A stretch of DNA of 64,000 nt from a virus (taxonomy: Duplodnaviria > Heunggongvirae > Uroviricota > Caudoviricetes): IMG/VR virus record IMGVR_UViG_3300045921_000484, positions 89,258 through 153,257 of that record. One strand, 5' to 3'. The position numbers were made by a program, and so were the translations under genes. Below the pieces are notes generated by a model. That model did no database searches and was not told where the DNA came from. It saw nothing but the letters and a program-made list of their open reading frames with translations. Shown piece after piece: positions 10,339 to 20,691 of this stretch. Position 1 is the stretch's first letter. Each line of letters begins with the position of its first letter.

Positions 10339-11172
10339 TCATTTAAATCTTGAATTTCTTATTATTAATTTAACATGTGTTGAGTGTGTAATTTTCACAC
10401 CAAAGTCTTTGAATACCTGTTCTTGTAAGAATGGTAGTATAAAAGTTTCCTCTTTTGTTATCTTATATGAAGATGGTATTTTCTTTTTAAGTGTTTCTAA
10501 AGTAATAGGTAGATAGTTTTCATTTACTTCTCTATTCCAGTTATCTGTGTATTTATATTTCAATAGGAAGTGAACAAATGTTCTATAACTATTTCCTATA
10601 TTTTCCCATCTATCTTCGAATGATGATAGATATCTATTATCTGCTTTCTTTCTTATTTTTTTAACATCCTCTTTGAATTTCTCTATTTCATTTCGGTGCA
10701 TTTGCACAGATGGTATCATATCTCTTATTGTTATCCATTTGAAATCACCACCAAATACTTGATTGTCCCAGAATTTTCTAACTACATTTGGATGTGAATA
10801 TGAATATACCTCATGAACAACTGAACTTAGGTTTAATAACGGACTTCTATATTTAGATACTTCTAATATAACATCACTCCATTTATTTGTTAATAATGCT
10901 TTATCTCCTAATTTATCAGATGCCTTTTTGAGCATTTCACTATCAAGATCATACCCTATTATCTTAACATTTGGTTTTAACATTTGAATCTTTGATAGGA
11001 AAGTACCATTAGCACATCCGAAGTCAACAATTACATCAAAGTCAACATCATTAATGAAGAATAGTTTGTCACTCATCCCTTTTTCCATTTCTGATATGTA
11101 TTTATCATAATTAGAGATAGGTTTCTCACCAACTAACTCTTCTAGGAATAATTCCCAACTAAGTATGTTCAT
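10339..11172 (-). CDS. Class I SAM-dependent methyltransferase (substrate unknown).
   Basis: Motif I VIVDFGCANGTF, motif II-like KIIGYDLD. 277 aa. Confidence 0.6.
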   Translation of the reverse strand: MNILSWELFLEELVGEKPISNYDKYISEMEKGMSDKLFFINDVDFDVIVDFGCANGTFLSKIQMLKPNVKIIGYDLDSEMLKKASDKLGDKALLTNKWSDVILEVSKYRSPLLNLSSVVHEVYSYSHPNVVRKFWDNQVFGGDFKWITIRDMIPSVQMHRNEIEKFKEDVKKIRKKADNRYLSSFEDRWENIGNSYRTFVHFLLKYKYTDNWNREVNENYLPITLETLKKKIPSSYKITKEETFILPFLQEQVFKDFGVKITHSTHVKLIIRNSRFK

Positions 11173-11187
11173 AATGGTATATATTAA

Positions 11188-11958
11188 TTATTTCCAAATT
11201 TTTTCTAAATCTATCTTGGAATTTATATCAATAACTCTACCGTTCCTTTTAAGAGAATACTTTTGAATAGGTGAGAATGTTTTAATTATATTTCTTACTT
11301 TTTTCTTTTCCGCATCCTCCATATCATAATTGAATATCTGTATAAGATTATCTATATCATTAAATGATAGTGTGTTTTTATCACCAAGGAAGTAGACGAA
11401 GTCATAACTAAATGAGTTATATTTTATAGCATCTGGTTCATATGATTTACTTATTAAAAAATTAGTAAGACAATTTTCAACTCCAATAGTTGGTATTGTG
11501 TACTTATATCCATCCACTTCAAATGATCTATTTTCTTTATTATAAAATTTCATTATTTTTTCATCTATTGCAAAATAGTTAAAGTGATGTGCATCGAATT
11601 CTATTATATCCTCTTTTCCTATTTCATCATTGAAATATTTTATTTTTATAGATTGTCCTTTTGTGAATTTAACTATTTCAAGAAATAGAAATACGATATC
11701 TATACTCTTAATATCATTAAAAGAATATCCTGATGATAAGATAGTATTTTTTTCTACTATCATCTTGATCTTGTTTATAACTATACCAACATCGTCTTTG
11801 ACATAGTTATGTTCATATTCTATAATGTCAGCAACATCTGCTTTTTTTATCCAAATTTCAAAGTCATTTTTATAGAATAGTCCTTGTGATGGTAGTGTTT
11901 TTTTATCTAACTTCTTTTGAAGATTTAGTAATACTTTGACAAGATTTATTAAATTCAT
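11188..11958 (-). CDS. Hypothetical protein.
   Basis: 256-aa ORF co-directional with and 16 nt upstream of the SAM methyltransferase gene. Confidence 0.5.
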   Translation of the reverse strand: MNLINLVKVLLNLQKKLDKKTLPSQGLFYKNDFEIWIKKADVADIIEYEHNYVKDDVGIVINKIKMIVEKNTILSSGYSFNDIKSIDIVFLFLEIVKFTKGQSIKIKYFNDEIGKEDIIEFDAHHFNYFAIDEKIMKFYNKENRSFEVDGYKYTIPTIGVENCLTNFLISKSYEPDAIKYNSFSYDFVYFLGDKNTLSFNDIDNLIQIFNYDMEDAEKKKVRNIIKTFSPIQKYSLKRNGRVIDINSKIDLEKIWK

Positions 11959-12024
11959 AAAAAAAATCTATTTTTTTTTGTATATATTTCTTTGAGGAGG
12001 TCATGTTTGATAAATATATAAATT

Positions 12025-12744
12025 ATGTTAATCAATGGTGATTGCTTCAATTATGTTAAAACGATACCAGATAACTCAGTCGATTTAATTTTAATAGATC
12101 CACCTTATTTAATCTCAAAAGAATCCAACTTTAAGAATTATTCAGACAGTGCTAATAAAGAGTTAGTCACAAAGTATGGAGAGTTATCCATAGATTTTGG
12201 AGATTGGGATAAAGTTTATATAGATTGGATATCTTTATTTAAAGAATACAATAGGATATTAAAGGATGGTGGAACACTAATTGTATTTTTTGATATATGG
12301 AAGAGTGGTCTTATAAAAGAGGCAGCTGAGCTAAATAAGTTCAAACAACCAAGAGTTTGTCAGTGGCAAAAGACTAATCCAGTTCCGGTTAATTCTAAAA
12401 AAAATTATTTGTCAAATGCTATTGAGTATTTTTTTACCTTTACTAAGGGTAAGAATCCAACGTTTAACTCGGAGTATGATAATGGTGTTTATAGATATCC
12501 AATTTGTCATGGTAAAGAAAGATTAAATCATCCAACTCAAAAGCCACTTAGATTAATAGTTGATTTAATTAATAAACATTCTAAGCCAGGTGATGTTGTT
12601 TTAGATACATTTGCAGGCAGTGGTACAACGGGACATGCTAGTATATTGACAGGTAGGAATTATATTTTGGTTGAGAAAAGCGAAGAATATTTCAAAATTT
12701 TAGAAGAAAGAATTAAAAATGTGTCAAACAAAAAAGAATTTTAG
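12025..12744 (+). CDS. DNA methyltransferase, beta class (N6-adenine or N4-cytosine).
   Basis: Motif IV LILIDPPY precedes motif I VVLDTFAGSGTTG (the beta-class order D..PPY then FxGxG). 239 aa. Divergent from the 11188(-) gene with a 66-nt intergenic region. Confidence 0.8.
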   Translation: MLINGDCFNYVKTIPDNSVDLILIDPPYLISKESNFKNYSDSANKELVTKYGELSIDFGDWDKVYIDWISLFKEYNRILKDGGTLIVFFDIWKSGLIKEAAELNKFKQPRVCQWQKTNPVPVNSKKNYLSNAIEYFFTFTKGKNPTFNSEYDNGVYRYPICHGKERLNHPTQKPLRLIVDLINKHSKPGDVVLDTFAGSGTTGHASILTGRNYILVEKSEEYFKILEERIKNVSNKKEF

Positions 12745-12774
12745 TAATATATAAAATAAAAATCATAATATAAT

Positions 12775-13176
12775 ATGAGTATTAAAATAAAAAATTCACA
12801 ATTAAATAGCGAGACCATAAAAGCATTAAATTCTCTTATTGAGATGGATATTAATGCTAATGCAGCATTCAGACTAACTAGAATAATTAAAGAATTGTCA
12901 TCTATTGTTGATGACAAAGTTAAGATGGAAAAAAGAATCTTAGATAAGTGGATTCAAAAAGATGAAGAGGGTAACCCGGTTATACCAACTGATGAGTCCG
13001 GCAATGCTATTGATGGTGCTGTGAATATTACAAATCCTGAAGCATTTACTCAAGAAATGAATGACTTGATGTCTGTTGAAATTGATATTCCATATGATAA
13101 GTTGAAGTTTGAAGATTTGAATTTGACAACTGCTAAGGTTAAAGATTTAATTAAATTAGAATTTTTATTTGAATAA
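12775..13176 (+). CDS. Hypothetical protein.
   Basis: 133-aa ORF, clean frame. Confidence 0.45.
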   Translation: MSIKIKNSQLNSETIKALNSLIEMDINANAAFRLTRIIKELSSIVDDKVKMEKRILDKWIQKDEEGNPVIPTDESGNAIDGAVNITNPEAFTQEMNDLMSVEIDIPYDKLKFEDLNLTTAKVKDLIKLEFLFE

Positions 13177-13285
13177 GTTGAAGTTGAAAAACCTGGATTT
13201 TTAACATTTTTTTTACTAAAAATCCTACTTATGAAACCAGATGATAGATGAGATAGTTCTCACCATCATTCTGATAGATTAGATT

Positions 13286-13318
13286 AAAAAAGTCCGATAA
13301 TTATATCGGACTTTTTTA
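13286..13318 (+). terminator. Intrinsic terminator.
   Basis: AGTCCGATA-attA-TATCGGACT then T6. Confidence 0.7.
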
Positions 13319-13365
13319 TTTACTCAATATATATTTTAATATATATCTAAAATAGATTGTTATAG

Positions 13366-14877
13366 ATGCCTACTACATATAGCATATTTGATAATACACC
13401 TTACGCCGCTAATAGACTTGAAGATATACAAGATGTACTTCTTCAGTTACCCGATAATCAACAGAAAGAGATTAATCCAAAGGATATCAGGGATGCTATC
13501 TATTCTATTTGGGAAAATGCTATATTTAAAATAACCAGCGGATCAATATCTACAATTGAATATATTGGAATTGATAAAGATGATATCTATAATAAGATTT
13601 TTATAGGTAAGAAGAATTTATTAGGAAATAATGTAATGGATAATGTATTATTATCTTGGACTCAAAGTGACACTGATATATTTTTCTTTAATAATAAGTC
13701 GGATTCAAATTTATCACAGCAATATACTAAAATATCTATACTGGCCGGTACTAATAGTTTATTATACGGTAGTGCGCCATATATAAAATCAAGGACGGCT
13801 ATAGGACCAACATTCTCAAATATTTTACAATTAGATATTGGTAATAACTCCGGAGATGTTAATATTTATTCATCTACAAATAGAGTTTATATAAATAATA
13901 TTGGATTTCCAACAATTTCTGAAACTGGATTATCCGCATCTAATGGGTATTTATTGGTATATGATTCAGTTAGCGGTAATTTGTATTGGAGTATGAATAT
14001 ATTTGCTACATCTAGTGTTGGTAGTACATCTTCAATTACATCCATATTAGGTAATCCGGTTCTTATTAATGGTAGTCCTATAGAACTAACCGATAATAGA
14101 CCAATTATATCACCAATTGGAAGTGTGAAATATGGTAAGACATTTACAAATCAAGGTATAGTTGAGGTTGTTAGAGATATGTTATATACTTATATACCAC
14201 CATCCTGTTCATTATCTGTTAATCCATCTGTAGCTGAGAAAGGAAATCCTAGTATTAATATTCAGGTTGGCTGGACTATTTATAAGAGATCTGACCCTAT
14301 CATATCAGCTATTTTTACAAGTGGTAATGTTATTGGATTTACAACACCGGCTCCTATAAATACACCCGGTTCCTCTATCATATCATCACCCCCATTTGTT
14401 ACTGGAATCGCTCCTGTTGGATTTACAACAAACTATGTATTCTCTATAACTGATAATGGTGCTTCTAATGGTAATATCCCAACGACTGCTACTGCATCAG
14501 TTACTATGAATTTGGTGTATCCATATTTCTGGGGAGTTAGTCCTGTAAATGCGGTTAATGCTTCACAAGTTAACTCTATATTAGGATCACTTACTAAGTC
14601 AGTTACACTTAAATCTAATAAAGAGGCTACACTTTCTGGAATTGGATATATTTATTTTGCTTACCCTGTTGCTTCTGGTGGTCCTACATATGGATATTTA
14701 AGTAATATTTATGATGAAAATGGTGCTACTGTGTCTTCATATACTTATTCTATATATAGCGGGCCAGGACTAACATCACCAAATAACTATTGGTCGAATA
14801 TACCTTATTATGTTTATAAGATAGGTCCTGTTACGGTCGGGCATCCTAATCCAGTTAATTGGACATTTAACTATTAA
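13366..14877 (+). CDS. Fibre/receptor-binding-like structural protein, paralogue 1 of 3.
   Basis: 503 aa, G/S/T/N-rich. N-terminal 60 aa alignable with the 14915 ORF (MPTTYSI..LPDN..I.PKD.RDA..S.WE...FK). Confidence 0.55.
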   Translation: MPTTYSIFDNTPYAANRLEDIQDVLLQLPDNQQKEINPKDIRDAIYSIWENAIFKITSGSISTIEYIGIDKDDIYNKIFIGKKNLLGNNVMDNVLLSWTQSDTDIFFFNNKSDSNLSQQYTKISILAGTNSLLYGSAPYIKSRTAIGPTFSNILQLDIGNNSGDVNIYSSTNRVYINNIGFPTISETGLSASNGYLLVYDSVSGNLYWSMNIFATSSVGSTSSITSILGNPVLINGSPIELTDNRPIISPIGSVKYGKTFTNQGIVEVVRDMLYTYIPPSCSLSVNPSVAEKGNPSINIQVGWTIYKRSDPIISAIFTSGNVIGFTTPAPINTPGSSIISSPPFVTGIAPVGFTTNYVFSITDNGASNGNIPTTATASVTMNLVYPYFWGVSPVNAVNASQVNSILGSLTKSVTLKSNKEATLSGIGYIYFAYPVASGGPTYGYLSNIYDENGATVSSYTYSIYSGPGLTSPNNYWSNIPYYVYKIGPVTVGHPNPVNWTFNY

Positions 14878-14914
14878 TAATTTAATATATATAGTGAAGA
14901 AAAAAAATATCTAA

Positions 14915-16516
14915 ATGCCAGCTACTTACAGTATAAATAATAATACAGTATATGAGTCACTTAGGGTGGCTAATGTAACAGATGCCCTTTATTTATTGCC
15001 TGATAATACATTTAAGTTAATATCTCCAAAAGATGTTAGAGATGCTGTTTTTTCCGCTTGGGAATCATCAGTCTTTAAACAAACAACAGGATCATATTCT
15101 ATTGAATATATCGGTCTTGATAGGGATATTAAGCAAAAGATGTATTTTGGTAAGAAGAAGATAGGTGGATTGGATGTATTAAATAATACTATATTAAATT
15201 ATAACTTTAATGATACAGATATTTTCTTTTATAACAATAAACCTGGTGTAACACCAAGCAATACTAAGATATCATTTTTAGCAGGTACCGAATCATATTT
15301 ATATCAAGTAGCTCCATATTTTAATGCGTATAGCACAACTAATTCAACTATAAATCTCGATATAGTAAATCAAACTGGTGATATTATTTTAGATAGTTAT
15401 ACCGGTCGTATTTCTATAAATAATGTCATTTTTCCTACTAAATTACAAACTGCAGCAGCATCAAATGGTCAGATATTAAAATATTATAATGGATCTCTTG
15501 TTTGGGATGATAATACAATTAGTTTAGCTAATATTGGTAATACATCATCAGTTACTAACATATTAGGTAGTCCTGTTCAAATAAATGGCAATGATATGGA
15601 ATTAACAGATGTTAATCCAATAATTGCTACATTTGGTCATATATATACAGGTCAAACATTTAGTCAGGCTCCCGTTGTCGAGGTTGTTAGACAAATGTTA
15701 TATCCTTATTTACCACCAACTTGTGAGTTAATGGTTGACATAGGTAATGGGTTTACATATTCTCAGGTTGCTGAGAAGGGATCTATCACTAGTTCAGCAT
15801 ATGTTGATGTTTACTGGTCTATAACTAAGAAGAGTGATCCGGTTGTAAGTGGAACAAGCATTGATATTACTGGTTACTCATTTACTCCTATAACAATACC
15901 AGGTTTAACAACAAGTTCGGGTATTGCTACTGGAAATTTACATCCAAGTGGAGCATTTAATAGTTCCGTTAGTCCATTTAATCAGAAATATACATTGATA
16001 ATACAGGATACTGGAGATACAAACAAACCTTTATCAACAACCATGAGTTATATTGGTGGTCCTAATCCCAGTACTGTAACAGCATCTGCTTCTATTGACT
16101 TTGTTTTTCCATTTTTCTATGGTATGAGTAGTTATAATGTTAATACGATTAATGGTTCGATAGATATGCCTTTTGTACTACCTTCTCTTAATAAATCTGT
16201 TGAGAAGTTTGTTGTAAATGGAACGTCTAGTAAATCATTTATGATTTCTGGTACTAACAGTTATATATATTTTTGTGTACCAGCTTTATCTGGATATGCT
16301 ACTGTTAGTCAAATACTAGATAATAATGGATTTGATATAACTGGATCGTTTGTTGAAGTGAAACAATTTATCATATTTCCATCTTTTGCTATTATTAACG
16401 CAACAATTAGTTCACCTAGTGGATTTTGGTCGAACAAACCGTATTACATTTATAAATTTGGACCAACAACTGTTCCTGTTAGCTCATCACCATGGCAATT
16501 AAAATTTAATATATAA
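14915..16516 (+). CDS. Fibre/receptor-binding-like structural protein, paralogue 2 of 3.
   Basis: 533 aa. Shares N-terminal and several internal blocks (ILG.PV.ING...ELTD.NPII, VEVVR.MLY.Y.PP.C.L.V) with 13366. Confidence 0.55.
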   Translation: MPATYSINNNTVYESLRVANVTDALYLLPDNTFKLISPKDVRDAVFSAWESSVFKQTTGSYSIEYIGLDRDIKQKMYFGKKKIGGLDVLNNTILNYNFNDTDIFFYNNKPGVTPSNTKISFLAGTESYLYQVAPYFNAYSTTNSTINLDIVNQTGDIILDSYTGRISINNVIFPTKLQTAAASNGQILKYYNGSLVWDDNTISLANIGNTSSVTNILGSPVQINGNDMELTDVNPIIATFGHIYTGQTFSQAPVVEVVRQMLYPYLPPTCELMVDIGNGFTYSQVAEKGSITSSAYVDVYWSITKKSDPVVSGTSIDITGYSFTPITIPGLTTSSGIATGNLHPSGAFNSSVSPFNQKYTLIIQDTGDTNKPLSTTMSYIGGPNPSTVTASASIDFVFPFFYGMSSYNVNTINGSIDMPFVLPSLNKSVEKFVVNGTSSKSFMISGTNSYIYFCVPALSGYATVSQILDNNGFDITGSFVEVKQFIIFPSFAIINATISSPSGFWSNKPYYIYKFGPTTVPVSSSPWQLKFNI

Positions 16517-16520
16517 TTAT

Positions 16521-18281
16521 ATGGCATATACAATATATGATGGATTTAACCTTAATTTTACAGCACCTATTGATTATAGGATGACAGCAGCTAACGCCGC
16601 TGCTAGAACTTCTATTACCTGGAAGTATGATGGTATGAAGGTTTTTCAACTGGATAATAGATTGACATATATCTGGAATTCGAGTTCATCTACATGGTCA
16701 ATTGAAACTACTATAAGTGGCACCGGATCTACTAATTATATTCCAAGGGTTATTTCTACATCACCATACCTAACTTATGGTAATTCAGCTATATATGATA
16801 ATGGGTTGGGACCTGCTTCTGGATCTGCTGTTGGTATAAATACAAATAATCCAAAAGAATATTTACAAATAGGTTCTTATCCTGTTGCATTTCCTGGTCA
16901 ATCATTACCATTGGTATTTCATAAAGGCGGTAATACTCGTATTGGTTATAATTGGTATTTTAGTAACGGCAATCAATATTTTGATAATACCAAGGGTTCT
17001 TCACTAATTCAGTTTGGTGGGTATGCTGATCCAACATTTGATGGTTCTATTACTCTAAGTACTAGAGAGCCAAATGCCGTTAATTTTAATGCTAGTTCCT
17101 TTTATATGAAGAATGGAAGGGTTATGATTGGTAATGTATCTACTGTTCAGATTGATGGGTTGGGAACATATGGTCCTATATCTTTAGTTTCTGGAGATTC
17201 ATCGGGTGACTTGCCTCTTTTTGCTGTTATGAATACATCAAATGCTGCTTCGGGATCTAAAAACTCGATGATATCTTTCTGGGGTAGAAGTGTTGGGGGT
17301 GTCAATCAAAGAGTTGCTGATATATATTCAAGGGTAAGAGGAGTCGGGGGTGATCTTGGTAATTGGACTAAATCTTCTTTGGCTTTTAGTATTATTCCTA
17401 GGGATTTGAGTGGTAATACAATTGCAATTAATGGTGTTAGTTCTTGGAATGCACATACTTTTGAGTTAAGGGAGGATGGTCAATTTTATATAGGTCCGAA
17501 TTCTCCGGCTGGTTCACCATCTAATATTTCAGGATCATCCCTTTTATTTCCTAATGCTACACCTAAATTAGATATTATTAGTGGTCTATCTAGTCTTGGA
17601 TACAATGAATGTATAGTTTTAAGACATCCAACTATATCTCCATCCGCTGTCACTAGAAGATTGGGTTTTATTATGAAGTTGAGTAGTGAGATGCCTAGTG
17701 AATATAATAAGATGGGTGGTATTATACTTGAATCAACACAAACATCAGCTACTAATCCATCGTTATCACTTGTTTTATCTGAGCAAAAAAGATTTAATAT
17801 TCTTAATAATGGTAACATCACTATTTCCGGATATGATATGTCAATGATCGAAAATGGATCCAAAATAGGTTTTAATAATGGTAAGATAGGATCATACTCA
17901 ACTGGTATTAGCTTGGCTCAATCATCATGTACTGATCTTTCTTATCAAATTCTTACGGGACTATTTTCCCTCACCATTACGGTTGAGGCGATCTTTGTTG
18001 TTAGTGCTTCAACTGGTAGAGGAGGTTATCAAGGTAGTAGATGTACTAAGATTATTCAATCATTACGAGCTGATAATTTTGGTAATGTTAGTTTAATTGG
18101 TTCTCCTACTATATTACACGATAGAGTTTCACCTGGTATTAACGCTCCTAATGTGCCATCTATTGCAACTCCTACTATAAATGCTTCTGGTGGTAATATT
18201 AACCTAGTGGTTAATGTTTGTGCAACATCAAATCCTGCATCATTTGCATGTACATATTATTATAATTATACAATTACATAA
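16521..18281 (+). CDS. Fibre-like structural protein (G/S/T/N-rich).
   Basis: 586 aa with low-complexity beta-rich composition. Starts 5 nt after the previous gene. Confidence 0.5.
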   Translation: MAYTIYDGFNLNFTAPIDYRMTAANAAARTSITWKYDGMKVFQLDNRLTYIWNSSSSTWSIETTISGTGSTNYIPRVISTSPYLTYGNSAIYDNGLGPASGSAVGINTNNPKEYLQIGSYPVAFPGQSLPLVFHKGGNTRIGYNWYFSNGNQYFDNTKGSSLIQFGGYADPTFDGSITLSTREPNAVNFNASSFYMKNGRVMIGNVSTVQIDGLGTYGPISLVSGDSSGDLPLFAVMNTSNAASGSKNSMISFWGRSVGGVNQRVADIYSRVRGVGGDLGNWTKSSLAFSIIPRDLSGNTIAINGVSSWNAHTFELREDGQFYIGPNSPAGSPSNISGSSLLFPNATPKLDIISGLSSLGYNECIVLRHPTISPSAVTRRLGFIMKLSSEMPSEYNKMGGIILESTQTSATNPSLSLVLSEQKRFNILNNGNITISGYDMSMIENGSKIGFNNGKIGSYSTGISLAQSSCTDLSYQILTGLFSLTITVEAIFVVSASTGRGGYQGSRCTKIIQSLRADNFGNVSLIGSPTILHDRVSPGINAPNVPSIATPTINASGGNINLVVNVCATSNPASFACTYYYNYTIT

Positions 18282-18847
18282 TGAATAGATTTAAGAGTTA
18301 TAATTTAAAATTCTATGACAATAGAATAGTAGTGGATGGTATGGAACACAACCCTGATACTTTTGTAATGATAGATTGGGAGAACCCATTAATGAAAAAA
18401 CATGCTGATGTTGTTACACAATTTGGTGGTGATATACTAGAAATCGGATTTGGAATGGGAATATCCGCCAACTACATACAATCTAATAGTATCAAATCAC
18501 ATACAATAGTTGAAATACATCCTCAAATTTTACCAAAACTATATGAGTGGTCAAAGGATAAACCAAATGTTAGAGTAATTGAAGGTGATTGGATTGATAA
18601 ATTGGATGAGATATCCTCGATGAAGTATGATGGTATTTTTTTTGATACACATATGGATCCAAATGCGCCCAAGTTTAGGAATCTTATTGTTGATAAGTGT
18701 CTTAAAGAAGGTGGTATTTTTACTTGGTTTGACCTTTTTGGTAGAGATTTTTTTGGATATGATAGCATCAATATCATTGATGTTGATATTGAATATTATG
18801 GTACATTTAAATGTCCTTATATCTTCTCAAACCACCAATTGAAATAA
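18281..18847 (+). CDS. Guanidinoacetate N-methyltransferase / Rmt2-family SAM methyltransferase.
   Basis: 188 aa. WENPLMKKHA....GGDILEIGFGMGISANYIQ...H.IVEI......L..W......V....G.W.D......YDGIFFDT aligns motif-for-motif with GAMT (WETPYMHALA..GGRVLEVGFGMAIAASKVQ..FDGILYDT). ATG overlaps the TAA of the upstream fibre gene (TAATG). Confidence 0.65.
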   Translation: MNRFKSYNLKFYDNRIVVDGMEHNPDTFVMIDWENPLMKKHADVVTQFGGDILEIGFGMGISANYIQSNSIKSHTIVEIHPQILPKLYEWSKDKPNVRVIEGDWIDKLDEISSMKYDGIFFDTHMDPNAPKFRNLIVDKCLKEGGIFTWFDLFGRDFFGYDSINIIDVDIEYYGTFKCPYIFSNHQLK

Positions 18848-19491
18848 ATGTAGTTATCACCTACTAGATTATAGTAGTCATTTTCGTGTTTAATTATAAT
18901 CTTATTGTCATGAGCTCTAATTAGTTCAACCTCAATTCCTTTTTTCATTCTTAATTGTTTACCGGTTTCAGTTGAATAGCATATTATTTCATCATTTAAT
19001 AATTTATACGTTCCTGGTTCAGGTTTTAACCAGCTCTTAATTACTTTGATTATTAATCCTTTAATTTTTATTATCCATTCTTTACTTTGATAAAGGTCAT
19101 AATCTTTGAATACTTCAGATTGGAAATCAGGATTATTCATTATATTCTTAACAACTCCCCAGTATTCCTCATCTCCTATTATAAATGAAACATAAACGTC
19201 GTAGTTTATGTTATTGGATTTAACGATTCTAAGTATTTTCATACTCTTGATATCTTGATCATCAAGAGTGAGTTTATTTCTTAAATTTTTATAAGCTTTT
19301 GTGTCTGATAAATTATATAAAATGTCATTTATTCTTGACATTGCTTGTCTTATGGCATCTTGATGCTTATCAAAGGCATTTATAGATAATTGTCTATCAT
19401 CAACATGCGTAGAAGGCTGAACGCTATCTGGATTTAATCTTTGCATGTTAAATTCTGTAAATTCCAATATTAGTCTATTCTTGCGTTTCAT
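18817..19491 (-). CDS. Hypothetical protein.
   Basis: 224-aa ORF, convergent with the methyltransferase. Confidence 0.5.
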   Translation of the reverse strand: MKRKNRLILEFTEFNMQRLNPDSVQPSTHVDDRQLSINAFDKHQDAIRQAMSRINDILYNLSDTKAYKNLRNKLTLDDQDIKSMKILRIVKSNNINYDVYVSFIIGDEEYWGVVKNIMNNPDFQSEVFKDYDLYQSKEWIIKIKGLIIKVIKSWLKPEPGTYKLLNDEIICYSTETGKQLRMKKGIEVELIRAHDNKIIIKHENDYYNLVGDNYIYFNWWFEKI

Positions 19492-19526
19492 AATTAAATA
19501 TATATATTAAAATCTACAACTATAAA

Positions 19527-19832
19527 ATGAAAATAAGAAGATTTAATGAAGATGAAGAGGTTGATATTTCATCTGAAAGAATAGATGAGATAATCAATGA
19601 ATTAAAAGATTTTGCATTACTTATGAGTGATAAGTCTAAATCAGTTGAATCGTTGTTGAATGAGTTTAGTAATTTTAAAAGTCAATCGAAAAAAGGTAAT
19701 GATCAAATTGATGACTCTATTTTTTCACTACAAGTAGCTAAAAAGGATATTGATGATTGTATTGATAAGATAGACACTGTAATCAATAATCTTGTTGATT
19801 ATAATAATAATGGTAGAAAATTTTTATATTGA
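19527..19832 (+). CDS. Small hypothetical protein. Its 3' part is duplicated as a fragment at 22813-22890.
   Basis: 101 aa. nt 19722-19795 are about 85% identical to 22813-22890. Confidence 0.45.
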   Translation: MKIRRFNEDEEVDISSERIDEIINELKDFALLMSDKSKSVESLLNEFSNFKSQSKKGNDQIDDSIFSLQVAKKDIDDCIDKIDTVINNLVDYNNNGRKFLY

Positions 19833-19913
19833 TCGTCAAATTTATAACACAAGTTTTTTTGTGATGAATTTGAAAAAAATAACCCTATTTTATGTTAATA
19901 ATTTATTAAAAAA

Positions 19914-20681
19914 ATGAAACACCTAATTAAATATAGATTATTTGAATCCGCCGGAGATATTGAATCTATCTGCAATAAATATAGTATACAAAATTTTACC
20001 ATAAATAAAGATGGATCTATTAATGTAGATGGTGATGTTGATCTTTCTGGTAAAAGATTAAATAAGCTACCTATTAAATTTAAAAATGTTACCGGTAATT
20101 TCTACTGTTCCAATAACAACCTAACCTCACTAGAAGGCGGTCCTAAATCGGTTGGTGGTAGTTTCTACTGCTCCTATAACAACCTATCTTCACTAGAAGG
20201 GGGTCCTAAATCGGTTGGTGGCGATTTCAAATTTTTCAATAACAACCTAACTTCACTAGAAGGCAGTCCTAAATCGGTTGGTGGTGATTTTGACTGTTGC
20301 TATAACAACCTAACTTCACTAGAAGGGAGTCCTAAATCGGTTGGTGGTGATTTTGACTGTTGCTATAACAACCTAATTTCACTAGAAGGGTGTCCTAAAT
20401 CGGTTGGTGGAAATTTCTACTGTGACAATAACAAATTAATTTCACTAGAAGGCTCACCGGAATCAATCGGTAGAGATTTCTACTGTAGTGATAATCCAGT
20501 AGAACAGATATGGAATTTATTTAAGGATAAGGATAAAATTGAATTATTTAATGATATGGATATTATTCAAGGTGATTCAATTATTCTTAATAGATTAATC
20601 TATTTTCTAGACCAAATAGGCAAGCCTAAAAGTGAAGAAGAATTAAGAAGGGTTATTAAGGATTATAAATTTATCCTTTAA
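19914..20681 (+). CDS. LRR-like 20-aa tandem-repeat protein, paralogue 1 of 4.
   Basis: 255 aa. Conserved N-terminus MKHLIKYRLFES..DIESICNKY. Seven or so 60-nt repeats (LTSLEGGPKSVGGDFxCxYNN fitting LxxLxLxxNxLxxL). Conserved C-terminus IWNLFKDKDKIELFNDMDIIQGDSIILNRLI.FLDQIGKPK. Confidence 0.65.
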   Translation: MKHLIKYRLFESAGDIESICNKYSIQNFTINKDGSINVDGDVDLSGKRLNKLPIKFKNVTGNFYCSNNNLTSLEGGPKSVGGSFYCSYNNLSSLEGGPKSVGGDFKFFNNNLTSLEGSPKSVGGDFDCCYNNLTSLEGSPKSVGGDFDCCYNNLISLEGCPKSVGGNFYCDNNKLISLEGSPESIGRDFYCSDNPVEQIWNLFKDKDKIELFNDMDIIQGDSIILNRLIYFLDQIGKPKSEEELRRVIKDYKFIL

Positions 20682-20691
20682 TATATACATT

